A stretch of DNA of 27,689 bases, from assembly GCA_038999215.1 (NCBI GenBank), contig JAWABM010000009.1, positions 609 to 28,297 of the forward strand, given 5' to 3'. This stretch comes from Candidatus Aenigmatarchaeota archaeon. Its GTDB lineage: Archaea; Aenigmatarchaeota; Aenigmatarchaeia; Aenigmatarchaeales; JACQIB01. The position numbers were made by a program, and so were the translations under genes. The notes below the pieces were generated by a model. That model saw only the letters and a program-made list of their open reading frames with translations. It was not told the origin of the DNA and made no database searches. Below are positions 1 through 8,168 of the stretch, in pieces (within the stretch, counting starts at the first letter, position 1; each line of letters starts with the position of its first letter).

Positions 1-141
1 CGGCTTCGGGTCCTTGTAAGAGTACCAGACCTTCCTCAGGCACGAGCCTATCTCGGAGGGGTAGTACCTTCCCTCCTCCTTGGCCTTGAATTCGCGCATG
101 ATGTGCCTTTCTATCATCTCGTCGAAGTTGAGCATGGACAT
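1..141 (-). CDS. Cas4-like / PD-(D/E)XK nuclease family protein, 5' part only (runs off the window)
   Basis: Not in the ORF track. Manual translation from ATG at 141 (or 135): MSMLNFDEMIERHIMREFKAKEEGRYYPSEIGSCLRKVWYSYKDPKP. 'YPSEIGSCLRKVWY' matches the N-terminal S-x-I/L-x-x-C-x-R-x-x-W/Y motif of Cas4/AddB-type nucleases. Confidence 0.7.
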   Translation of the reverse strand, partial: MSMLNFDEMIERHIMREFKAKEEGRYYPSEIGSCLRKVWYSYKDPKP

Positions 142-167
142 CTATTGTTTTGCCGGAATAAATTGCT

Positions 168-1361
168 TTACTCGTAGCGCAGGGCGTCGACCGGGTTCAT
201 CTTTGCCGCGCTCCTTGCGGGCAGCACGCCCGACAGGACCCCGACCCCGAACGAGAAGCCTAGACCGAGCAATATCAGCTCCGGGTTTATGGAGGCCTTG
301 AGTATCATGTAACCCGCATTGTGGGCGATCATCTCGACCGACTTGCTGAGGACGAAGCCAAGTGCTATCCCTATCGCGCCGCCGACAAGCCCGAGCACGC
401 CGGACTCGAAGAGGAATATGGACATGATGTCGCTGTTCCTCGCGCCGATGGCCTTCATCACGCCTATCTCGCGCGTGCGTTCGCGCACCGACGTGTACAT
501 GGTGTTCATTATCCCAACGCCGCCGACAAGGAGGGATATCGACGCTATGCCGATGAACACGAGCTGCACTATCCCCAGCACGGCCCCCACGGTCTCGGAA
601 AGCTGCGCGGACGTAAGGACAGAGAAGTCCTCCTGGCCCCTCGCGTCCTTCAGCTCCTCCTTTATGTCCTTGGCCACCTTCTCTACATCCGCCCCGCTCC
701 TGACCTGCAGGAATATGGCATCCACCTTGTCCGGCTCGTCGAAAATCTCCCTCGCCGTGTCCAGATGTATGTATATCTGCGTGTCGTCTGTCGGGTTCCC
801 GACCTCGCTGAGGAACCCCCTCACTTTGAAATCGGAGCCCGCTATCTGTATCTTGTCTCCGACAGAAACATCGTCCTTGAAGAAGTCGTCCTCTATCATC
901 TTGCCCGCTATAAGCCCGTACTTGTCGGTCTCGGATGGCATCCTTCCCTTTGTTATATGAAGGCCGCTCAGGTCGAACACGACCGATTCTATCTCATCGG
1001 CCGGAACGCCTATGACGAACGTGAGCCTGCTCTCGCCCCTGAACTTCACCTCCTGCGTGCGGTAAATCATCGGGACGACCGTGCCGACGCCCCGCACGCT
1101 TTCGATGATTTTCACGTCATCGTTCGTGAAAGGCTTTGAGCCGTAGCCGGCCGCAGGGCCGAGCCTGCCGGGCATTATCGTTATGGTGTCGGCGCCTAGC
1201 ATCTCGAACTGCTGCGCTATCGCCGCGTTCATGCCCTGGCTCAGGGATATCAGGCCGACGACAGCTGCTATGCCTATGAATATGCCGAGGATGGTGAGCC
1301 AGCTCCTAATCCTCCTGTGCTTTATGTTTTCAACCGCGACTGAAAGGTATTCAATCCTCAT
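168..1361 (-). CDS. ABC transporter permease, MacB/FtsX family
   Basis: N-terminal 'RSWLTILGIFIGIAAVVGLISLSQG' TM, a large extracytoplasmic domain, 'GGVGIMNTMYTSVRERTREIGVMKAIGA' and C-terminal 'PARSAAKMNPVDALRYE'. ATG at 1361 preferred over GTG at 1370. Confidence 0.95.
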   Translation of the reverse strand: MRIEYLSVAVENIKHRRIRSWLTILGIFIGIAAVVGLISLSQGMNAAIAQQFEMLGADTITIMPGRLGPAAGYGSKPFTNDDVKIIESVRGVGTVVPMIYRTQEVKFRGESRLTFVIGVPADEIESVVFDLSGLHITKGRMPSETDKYGLIAGKMIEDDFFKDDVSVGDKIQIAGSDFKVRGFLSEVGNPTDDTQIYIHLDTAREIFDEPDKVDAIFLQVRSGADVEKVAKDIKEELKDARGQEDFSVLTSAQLSETVGAVLGIVQLVFIGIASISLLVGGVGIMNTMYTSVRERTREIGVMKAIGARNSDIMSIFLFESGVLGLVGGAIGIALGFVLSKSVEMIAHNAGYMILKASINPELILLGLGFSFGVGVLSGVLPARSAAKMNPVDALRYE

Positions 1362-2121
1362 TGCTGCCACCGTTCGTTTTCCAAAGGAACTTCCTCGATG
1401 CCTCGTGGTCCTTTAGTATCCTGCCGTCCATTATGTTCACAAGCCTTTCTGCGCGGCCGGCAATGTAAGGGTCATGCGTGACCATGAGTATGGTCTTCAT
1501 GCTGCTCTCATGCAGCTTCCTTATGGCGTCCATTATCTGCTTGCCTGTCTTGGAATCAAGATTACCTGTCGGCTCGTCGGCGAGTATTATATCCGGGTCG
1601 TTGGCGAGCGCCCTTGCTATGGAGACCCTCTGCTGCTCGCCTCCTGACATCTCGGTCGGCTTGTGATGCAGCCTGTCGCCGAGGCCGAACATCCTGAGCA
1701 GCTCCTTCGCCCTCGCGGCCCTCTCCCTCTCCGGAACGCCCTGGAACAGCATCGGGAGCGCGACGTTTCCCATGGCGGTCAGCGTCTGTATCAGGTTGAA
1801 CTGCTGGAAAACAAACCCGACCTTCCTCCCCCTGAGCTGAGCAAGGCTGCTCTCGCCCATTTTGGCGATGTCATTTCCCTCAAGAAGTATCCTGCCGCGG
1901 GTCGGCACATCGAGCGCGCCAAGCATGTTCATGAGGGTCGACTTGCCCGAGCCGCTTGGCCCCATTATCGCGATGAACTCCCCCCTGCGGACCTCGAGGT
2001 CCACGCCCCGCAGGGCCGGAACGTTCACCTTCCCCATCTTATAAATCTTCCAGACGTTCTCAAGCCTTATTATCGGCTCGCCCTTGTGCTCGTGGACGCC
2101 GCTCCTGTTTTTTCCGGGCAT
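1351..2121 (-). CDS. ABC transporter ATP-binding protein, LolD/MacB (MJ0796-like) family
   Basis: Walker A GPSGSGKS, Q-loop FVFQQFNL, signature MSGGEQQRV, Walker B/D-loop ILADEPTGNLD, H-switch VTHD. Confidence 0.97.
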   Translation of the reverse strand: MPGKNRSGVHEHKGEPIIRLENVWKIYKMGKVNVPALRGVDLEVRRGEFIAIMGPSGSGKSTLMNMLGALDVPTRGRILLEGNDIAKMGESSLAQLRGRKVGFVFQQFNLIQTLTAMGNVALPMLFQGVPERERAARAKELLRMFGLGDRLHHKPTEMSGGEQQRVSIARALANDPDIILADEPTGNLDSKTGKQIMDAIRKLHESSMKTILMVTHDPYIAGRAERLVNIMDGRILKDHEASRKFLWKTNGGSNED

Positions 2122-2125
2122 CCCA

Positions 2126-3262
2126 TCACTTTTTCCTTAGCTTGAACCACCAGTAGCCGGCGCCGACCATTACGATGAGAACCAGCCATCCCCAAGGCAC
2201 TTCAATCGGGGCGCCGGTCGGCGCGGCAGACACCTTCCTTTCCACGGTGAACGGATTGTTGTAACTGTCCCTGTAGGACATTCCGACAGTGATATCGTAC
2301 TTTCCTGTCGCTGCCGCAAGGTTCTGCTCGACATCTATTGTCTCGGTGTCGTCGGGCTCGAGCCTGCCGACATAGGCCTCCTTCGAACCGTAAGGAGAGC
2401 TTATCTTCACTGTCATGTATTCGGCGGAGCCTGTGCCGCTGTTCGATATCGCTATTGTCACTATTCCTGTCCTGCCGAAATAGAAGCCGGTCGTCCTGTC
2501 CACAGTCACTATGAGGTCGGCAGTCCCCGATATCGGGAGGCCTATGCTTTTGGTCTCGTCATAGCTTGCCGATTTGCCCTCGTCATAATACACGAACTTT
2601 ACCGGTATCAGCTGCGTCCCGACCGAGGCCTTGGGGTCTATGGTTATGCTGAACTTGACCGTCTCCTTCCCCTTGGCCGCTATGGACGGGATGAAACCCT
2701 CGGACGAGCCTGAAACGGTGAAGAGGCCACTGCTCTGGGTGAGGGATATGGAAACGTCCTTGGCAGGGCCATCACCGTTGTTAAGAACATCAAAGCTCAT
2801 CTCGACCGTGGAGCCCGGCTCTGGCGCGGGCGCGAACTTCACGTTGGATATCTGCAGGAGCGGCGGGTTCCTTATCGTTATCGGCACGCTTATCCTGGTC
2901 TGCTTCGTCACTGCGCCTGAACCGTAGGAGGCATCAATGCTGATGTAGGACTGCTGCGCGCTGGCCGCCTGAGAGGCGGTGACAACGACCGATGCCTGCT
3001 GGGCAGCGGCTATCCCAAGGGTGCCGACCTCTATTAGGGAAGGCGTAACCGAAAGGCCAGGACCTGCCGACACCGCCACCTTGAGGTTACTCATCTCTTC
3101 TGTGGTGCTCGGGTTCGTGAATGTGAGCATCACTGTTGTCTGCGAGCCCGGCCTGACATAGCTGTCCAAAACGCTGTATGTTATTGTGAGCGAGGCCGCA
3201 AATGCCGCGCTGCCGATGACCGCAAGAACAGCAAGTAAGCATGCAAACTTTTTCACGAACAT
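2126..3262 (-). CDS. COG1361-type S-layer/surface protein with Ig-like (CARDB-like) domains
   Basis: N-terminal signal peptide (MFVKKFACLLAVLAVIGSAAFA), three beta-rich repeats including 'NNGDGPAKDV' and 'NSGTGSAEYM', 'Y.D' strand ends, and a C-terminal TM with a basic tail (WWFKLRKK). Typical position upstream of a MacB-like ABC pair. Confidence 0.85.
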   Translation of the reverse strand: MFVKKFACLLAVLAVIGSAAFAASLTITYSVLDSYVRPGSQTTVMLTFTNPSTTEEMSNLKVAVSAGPGLSVTPSLIEVGTLGIAAAQQASVVVTASQAASAQQSYISIDASYGSGAVTKQTRISVPITIRNPPLLQISNVKFAPAPEPGSTVEMSFDVLNNGDGPAKDVSISLTQSSGLFTVSGSSEGFIPSIAAKGKETVKFSITIDPKASVGTQLIPVKFVYYDEGKSASYDETKSIGLPISGTADLIVTVDRTTGFYFGRTGIVTIAISNSGTGSAEYMTVKISSPYGSKEAYVGRLEPDDTETIDVEQNLAAATGKYDITVGMSYRDSYNNPFTVERKVSAAPTGAPIEVPWGWLVLIVMVGAGYWWFKLRKK

Positions 3263-3331
3263 CCCCCATTTGTTATTGCACCGCCTCTTATAAAGATTTA
3301 ACCTTTTAAAGTCCGGGACCGAAGTTATCGT

Positions 3332-4039
3332 ATGCGCATGGTTTCTGAAATCAGAAAGACTTGGGGAGGGGTATTCGACGACAGGACCATAATGGCGCTG
3401 TACAAGCTGATGAACAGCGGCAAAATAAGCGAGCTGCTGGCCTTAATCAGGGAAGGCAAGGAGTCGAAGGTCCTGCTTGCCGATAGCAAAGCTGGGAAGG
3501 TGGCGGTGAAAGTTTACGCCACGGAGGCGGCGAACTTCAAGAGGATGCTTCCTTACCTCATAGGAGATCCCAGGTTCGAGAAGGTGAAGAAGGACAGGCG
3601 GAGCATCGTTCTCGCGTGGGCAAAAAAGGAATTCAAAAACCTCGAAAGGGCGCGCGAAGCCGGCGTGCGCTGCCCAAGGCCGCTGGCTCTTGAGAAGAAC
3701 GTGCTGGTCATGGAATTTCTCGGAGAGGACGGAGAGCCTGCGCAGAGGCTATCGCAGATACCAGTCAAAGAGCCGGAAAAGCTGTTCAGGCTAGTATTGG
3801 ATGATATGGAAAAATTGTGGGCAAGGGCGAGGCTGGTGCACGGGGACCTTTCCGAATTCAACATGGTGCTCTGGAAAGGCGAGCCGTGGATGATAGACCT
3901 CTCGCAGGCTGTGGTGCGCGACCATCCCGAAGCAAAGGAGCTCCTCAAAAGGGATTTAAAGAATATCTGCGCATACTTCAAGAGGCTCGGCGTCGAGCGC
4001 GACCACGAAAAGCTGTACGAGAAAATGGTGGGAAAATGA
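3332..4039 (+). CDS. rio1: RIO1-family serine protein kinase/ATPase (small-subunit maturation)
   Basis: GKESKV loop, AVKVY, 'WAKKEFKNL', 'NVLVMEFLG', catalytic HGDLSEFN, IDLSQAV, 'LLKRDLKNI'. Directly upstream of a KH gene and top6B as in many archaea. Confidence 0.95.
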   Translation: MRMVSEIRKTWGGVFDDRTIMALYKLMNSGKISELLALIREGKESKVLLADSKAGKVAVKVYATEAANFKRMLPYLIGDPRFEKVKKDRRSIVLAWAKKEFKNLERAREAGVRCPRPLALEKNVLVMEFLGEDGEPAQRLSQIPVKEPEKLFRLVLDDMEKLWARARLVHGDLSEFNMVLWKGEPWMIDLSQAVVRDHPEAKELLKRDLKNICAYFKRLGVERDHEKLYEKMVGK

Positions 4040-4518
4040 TAAAGGACGCGATACTCATTCCAGAGGACAGGCTGGAGTCCATGAAGAAAGCTAAGCTCAA
4101 GATAGAGAAAACGCTTGGCGTAAGCCTGGACTTCAGCGAAAATTCGGTCGAAATCGAGGGCGAGGACGGGCTCAAGGTCATGCAAGCGAAGAACGTGGTG
4201 AAGGCCATAGGAAGAGGGTTCGCTCCAGAAAGGGCGGAAAGGCTCTTCAAGGAAGAGCAGATGCTCGAGATATTAGATGTCGGTGCGAACGACAGGATAA
4301 AGTCCAGGATAATAGGCACTGAAGGCAAGACAAGGCATGAAATAGAGAAGAGCACGGACGCGTCCGTATCAGTCTACGGAAAGACCGTATCCATCATAGG
4401 CACGTGGGAGCAAGTGAAAAACGCAAAGGAAGCCATAGAAATGCTTATAAACGGATCAGAGCATAAAACTGTTTACAGGTTTTTGGAGAAGCTAAGAAAG
4501 GAGAAACTGCTGCTGTGA
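4036..4518 (+). CDS. dim2: KH-domain pre-rRNA processing protein Dim2/Pno1
   Basis: Start at ATG 4036 (ATGA overlap with the rio1 stop). 'VKAIGRGFAPERA', 'RIKSRIIGTEGKTR', 'SVYGKTVSIIG', 'AIEMLINGSEHKTVYRFLE'. The first KH domain appears shortened and lacks GxxG. Confidence 0.93.
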   Translation: MIKDAILIPEDRLESMKKAKLKIEKTLGVSLDFSENSVEIEGEDGLKVMQAKNVVKAIGRGFAPERAERLFKEEQMLEILDVGANDRIKSRIIGTEGKTRHEIEKSTDASVSVYGKTVSIIGTWEQVKNAKEAIEMLINGSEHKTVYRFLEKLRKEKLLL

Positions 4519-4523
4519 TTTTT

Positions 4524-6410
4524 ATGGCAAAGGGCGAACAGAGATCAAAGACTGCAGAGGAGATGGCGACGGAGCAAAGGGCCATATCTGTCGCAGAATT
4601 CTTCGAGAAAAACAGGCACCTGCTTGGATTTGACAACCCTGCGAAGGCGCTGCTGACGGTCGTTCGCGAGGCGGTCGACAACTCGCTCGACGCCTGCGAA
4701 GAAGCCAGGATACTGCCAGAGATAAAGGTCACGATAGAGGAGCCGAGGGAGATTTATTCGATAACTACGCCCGAAGGCGAGGGCATAGGAGAGTTCGTGA
4801 TTGAGGGCAAGAAGGCATCCCTTCTCATAGACGGACTTAGCGTTCCCATGGAAAGCAAGGAGGAGAAAAGGAACGGGAACTTGTACTTCTTCGTTGACAA
4901 GCAGGGCAAAAAATACAAGGTAAGGGAAACCGTCACAGAACTGGAAAGGATGGTGGACGTATCATCGGGAAAAACTGTCTACAAGGTCAGCAAGGCCCCT
5001 GCGGAAAGGTTCAAGGTGATAGTGGAGGACAACGGGCCTGGTATAGTGAAGGAGCAAATACCGAACGTATTCGGACGGCTGCTCTATGGATCAAAATTCT
5101 ACAAGCTCAAGCAGAGCAGGGGGCAGCAGGGCGTCGGCATCTCAGCGGCCGTATTGTATTCGCAGCTCACGACAGGAAAGACCGCGCTGATAACATCCAG
5201 GACTGGACCGAACAAGCCGGTGCACGCTTTCCAGATAAGGATTGACGTAACTAAAAACATGCCAGAAATAATAAAAGAGGAGGTAAAGAAGGACGGCTTC
5301 CAGGACAGCGGCGTGAGGATAGAGCTGGAGGTAGAAGGCAAATACATGGAGCGCTACCATTCGGTGCACGAATACCTGAAGCAGACCGCGGCTGTCAATC
5401 CCTTCGCCCATATAATATTCAACTCCCCTGACGGGACAAGGCACGACTTCAAGAGGGCGGTGAACGAACTGCCCGTGCAGCCGAAGAACATCAAGCCGCA
5501 CCCGCTCGGAGTCGAGGTCGGGATGCTTGAAAGGATGGCGAAGGCCACGAAAACGAGGAACATAACTGGCTTCCTGACAGGCGACTTCTGCAGGATCGGC
5601 CCGGACACTGCAATCAGGGTTGTTAAGCAAGCTGGCCTGAAGGCCAATTTGAACCCGAAGGAGATGACGCACGAGCAGATAGACAAGCTCTGGCGATCGA
5701 TACATGCCACGAGCTTCATGAACCCGCCTCTTGACTGCCTCAGCCCCATAGGCGAACGTAAGCTAGAAGAGGGGCTTAAAAAGGAGTACAAACCGGAGTT
5801 CATAGTAGCTGTCTCAAGGCCGCCAGCTGTCTACAGGGGCATGCCGTTCAAGATAGAGGCAGCGATAGCGTACGGCGGGGAGATACCGAAAGACGGGCCG
5901 GCAAAGATATTGAGGTTCGCGAACAGGGTGCCGCTGATATATCAGGCGAGCTCCTGCGCGATATCCAAAGCAATGAACAAGGTCGACTGGAAGCATTACG
6001 GCATTGAAAAGCAGGGCAACACGCTTATGGGCCCGATAGTGGTTGCCGTCCACATGGCTTCAGTATGGATACCTTACACTTCCGAATCAAAAGAAGCCAT
6101 CGACCCGTATCCAGACATCGTGAAAGAGATAAGGCTCGCTCTGCAGGATTGCGGAAGGAGGCTGCAGCGCTTCCTGTCCGGCAGGAGGAGAGCGGCGGAG
6201 GCGCAGAAGAGGATGAGCCTGTTTGAGAGGTACATACCGGAAATCGCGTTCGCGCTTTCAAACATAACGGGCGAGAAGAAGGAAAAAATAGCAAAAGACT
6301 TCGAGGCCGTGCTCAAGAAAGGAAAGGTACAAATAGAGGAGAAGTACGAGGAAACGGAGGAAAAAATAAAAGGTGAAACACGTGGCGAAGGAGCAGAACC
6401 CGAAGGATAA
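4524..6410 (+). CDS. top6B: DNA topoisomerase VI subunit B, with an ~85-aa insertion in the GHKL domain
   Basis: 'ISVAEFFEKNRHLLGF', 'REAVDNSLDACEE', 'VEDNGPGI', 'FGRLLYGSKF', 'QSRGQQGVGISAAVLYSQLTTG', 'RFANRVPL', 'PYTSESKEAI'. Start at ATG 4524 or GTG 4515. Confidence 0.98.
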   Translation: MAKGEQRSKTAEEMATEQRAISVAEFFEKNRHLLGFDNPAKALLTVVREAVDNSLDACEEARILPEIKVTIEEPREIYSITTPEGEGIGEFVIEGKKASLLIDGLSVPMESKEEKRNGNLYFFVDKQGKKYKVRETVTELERMVDVSSGKTVYKVSKAPAERFKVIVEDNGPGIVKEQIPNVFGRLLYGSKFYKLKQSRGQQGVGISAAVLYSQLTTGKTALITSRTGPNKPVHAFQIRIDVTKNMPEIIKEEVKKDGFQDSGVRIELEVEGKYMERYHSVHEYLKQTAAVNPFAHIIFNSPDGTRHDFKRAVNELPVQPKNIKPHPLGVEVGMLERMAKATKTRNITGFLTGDFCRIGPDTAIRVVKQAGLKANLNPKEMTHEQIDKLWRSIHATSFMNPPLDCLSPIGERKLEEGLKKEYKPEFIVAVSRPPAVYRGMPFKIEAAIAYGGEIPKDGPAKILRFANRVPLIYQASSCAISKAMNKVDWKHYGIEKQGNTLMGPIVVAVHMASVWIPYTSESKEAIDPYPDIVKEIRLALQDCGRRLQRFLSGRRRAAEAQKRMSLFERYIPEIAFALSNITGEKKEKIAKDFEAVLKKGKVQIEEKYEETEEKIKGETRGEGAEPEG

Positions 6411-7467
6411 GATAGTCGGCATAGGAAAGAAGGTCTTGAACGACGCGCAGAAGGGCGAAAACCCGAGGCTCGATATCCCGCTGAGGGCGCTGAGCAATGT
6501 GACCTTCGATCCGAAGCGCAAGCTCATAGTCATGGGCAACAAGATAGCCAGCAGGTTTTTCTTCAATGTTGCGCATGTCAGGAAGTTCGTGCAGACCATG
6601 GAAGTCGCGGCCACCGCAAAGGAGCTTCTGGAAGCAGGCAAGCACATAAGCCTCAGGCAGGCATTCTACAAGATGAGACGCACCATTCCAGGAACGAACA
6701 TAGACATAGTCGACGACCAGAGCGAGTCGGACGACGCTGTCGAGGACCTCGAGCTCCTGACGAACCTCTCAAGAGAGCAATTGAACATCAATGCAAACAA
6801 GAATGGTGCAGCGGCGGGCAAAATAATAATCAAGGACAAAGGGGACATAATTGACTGGTCAAAATTGGGAAGCGGAGGCTGGGCAATACCATCGAACACG
6901 GAAGACATAGAATTCAAGAAGGTGGACGCCAAGTTCGTGATATACATGGAAAAAGCGGCGATGTGGGAAAGGCTGCACGAAGACAAGGTCTGGGACAAGA
7001 TGGACTGCGCCATAATCGCATCGCAGGGACAAGCAACCAGAGGGATACGCCGTCTTCTGCAAAGGATGAACAACGAGCTCAAGCTGCCTGTGTACGTGCT
7101 GGCAGACTTCGATCCGTGGGGATTCTACATTTACTCCGTGCTCAAGTACGGCTCAATAGGACTGGCTAACCTTTCGGACAAATTGGCAATACCGAACGCC
7201 AAGTTCCTCGGAATGACCGCCGACGACGTGCAGAAGTACGAGCTCAAGAGGCAGATAATCAAGTTCAAGGACGTGGACATGAACAGGCTGAAGCAGATAA
7301 GCAAGTACGAGTGGTTCAAGGACAACAAAGGCTGGCAGAGGCAGTTCAAGATGATGGAAGAGCTCAAGGGCAAAGTCGAGCTCGATGCTCTCGTGGCCAA
7401 GGGCATAACGTTCGTCTCGGACAAGTACCTGCCGGAAAAAATCAAGGCGAAGGAATTCTTGGATTGA
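6382..7467 (+). CDS. top6A: DNA topoisomerase VI subunit A (Spo11 family)
   Basis: 'SLRQAFY' catalytic Tyr helix, 'DQSESDDAVEDLE', TOPRIM 'MEK' and 'DFDPWG', 'SQGQATR'. GTG at 6382 follows a GGTGA SD-like motif (6372-6376); the ORF track start is 6373. Confidence 0.97.
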   Translation: MAKEQNPKDKIVGIGKKVLNDAQKGENPRLDIPLRALSNVTFDPKRKLIVMGNKIASRFFFNVAHVRKFVQTMEVAATAKELLEAGKHISLRQAFYKMRRTIPGTNIDIVDDQSESDDAVEDLELLTNLSREQLNINANKNGAAAGKIIIKDKGDIIDWSKLGSGGWAIPSNTEDIEFKKVDAKFVIYMEKAAMWERLHEDKVWDKMDCAIIASQGQATRGIRRLLQRMNNELKLPVYVLADFDPWGFYIYSVLKYGSIGLANLSDKLAIPNAKFLGMTADDVQKYELKRQIIKFKDVDMNRLKQISKYEWFKDNKGWQRQFKMMEELKGKVELDALVAKGITFVSDKYLPEKIKAKEFLD

Positions 7468-7546
7468 TTTGACTTACTCACTCATATAAATTTTTTTGCT
7501 GCGCAAATTATTGGATGACCTATATCCAGCATTTCAAATCCGTGGC

Positions 7547-8011
7547 ATGGAACATAAGGGGCGAAGAAAAGAACCGCAAGAACCCGGTCATAGCCATAAG
7601 CGGACTTTCAGGCTCGGGAAAAGATACTTATTCGGAGCTTTTAAAGAGATGTTCAATATCGCGATGACAAGAGGCGGCATACTTGTAGGGCGACTAACAT
7701 ACGCTCTGGTTGGAGATAACGGATATAAGGTCTGGATAAACTGTGACACGAAGATCGCGGCTGAGCGCATAGCGAACGACAAGAACAGAAAAGAGTTCGG
7801 CAAGCCAGTTGCCGAAATAGAAGCATGCCTGCCCAAGAGAGATATGGCTGATATAAAGACATACGAACGCCTGTACGGCATAAGCTACTTCGGCCTTGCC
7901 GATAAGTGCGACTTCTTCCTGAACGGAAACATAGACGGCAAAGAAAAGAAGGTGCACATGCTAATCGATGTCGTAGTGCCATGGCTCAAGCAGAAAGGCT
8001 ATATCAAGTAA
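7547..8011 (+). CDS. Cytidylate-kinase-like protein lacking the N-terminal P-loop (divergent or truncated)
   Basis: 'GGILVGRLTYAL..YKVWINCDTKIAAERIA...KRDMADIKTYERLYGISY...CDFFLN' resembles the C-terminal two-thirds of archaeal Cmk (VLEGRL..KIWL.A..EVRAERIA..RE..E..RY...YGID...YDLVIN). No GxxGxGK[ST] is present. Confidence 0.55.
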   Translation: MEHKGRRKEPQEPGHSHKRTFRLGKRYLFGAFKEMFNIAMTRGGILVGRLTYALVGDNGYKVWINCDTKIAAERIANDKNRKEFGKPVAEIEACLPKRDMADIKTYERLYGISYFGLADKCDFFLNGNIDGKEKKVHMLIDVVVPWLKQKGYIK

Positions 8012-8028
8012 AGGAAAGCAATTTAAAA
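8012..8028 (+). promoter_or_regulatory. BRE/TATA promoter of tRNA-Phe
   Basis: Purine-rich AGGAAAGCA followed by TTTAAAA (8022-8028), about 24 nt upstream of the tRNA 5' end. Confidence 0.65.
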
Positions 8029-8051
8029 GCAAGCGCGTTAAAGTCTTATTG

Positions 8052-8128
8052 GGGGCAATAGCTCAGACCGGGAGAGCGCTACCCTGAAGAGGTAGATGTC
8101 GCGTGTTCAAATCACGCTTGCCCCACCA
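8052..8128 (+). tRNA. tRNA-Phe (GAA), intronless, CCA encoded
   Basis: Acceptor GGGGCAA/TTGCCCC, D-arm GCTC..GAGC, anticodon arm CTACC-CTGAAGA-GGTAG, T-arm GCGTG-TTCAAAT-CACGC, discriminator A then CCA. Confidence 0.97.
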
Positions 8129-8168
8129 TTTCTTAAAGCATTTATTAACTGGAAGCCTAACTATAGTT

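Noticed and set aside
319..1139. Long plus-strand ORFs (213 and 272 aa) opposite the ABC permease
   Set aside because: Antisense shadows of a well-supported gene, with no recognisable motifs.
3817..4035. 73-aa N-terminal extension of the KH protein in the ORF track
   Set aside because: It overlaps rio1 out of frame. The ATGA-coupled start at 4036 fits the family.
4743..5003. Possible intein in top6B
   Set aside because: No Cys/Ser at the start, no His-Asn plus nucleophile at the end, and too short. Treated as a domain insertion.
8052..8128. tRNA-Phe or tRNA-Arg as an integration site for a provirus or island
   Set aside because: No duplicated tRNA 3' end, integrase or viral genes seen in the window.
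8063..8168. ORFs overlapping tRNA-Phe (8063-8284 minus, and the amzA extension from 8103)
   Set aside because: They overlap a clear tRNA. amzA most likely starts at 8169 behind its own TATA.
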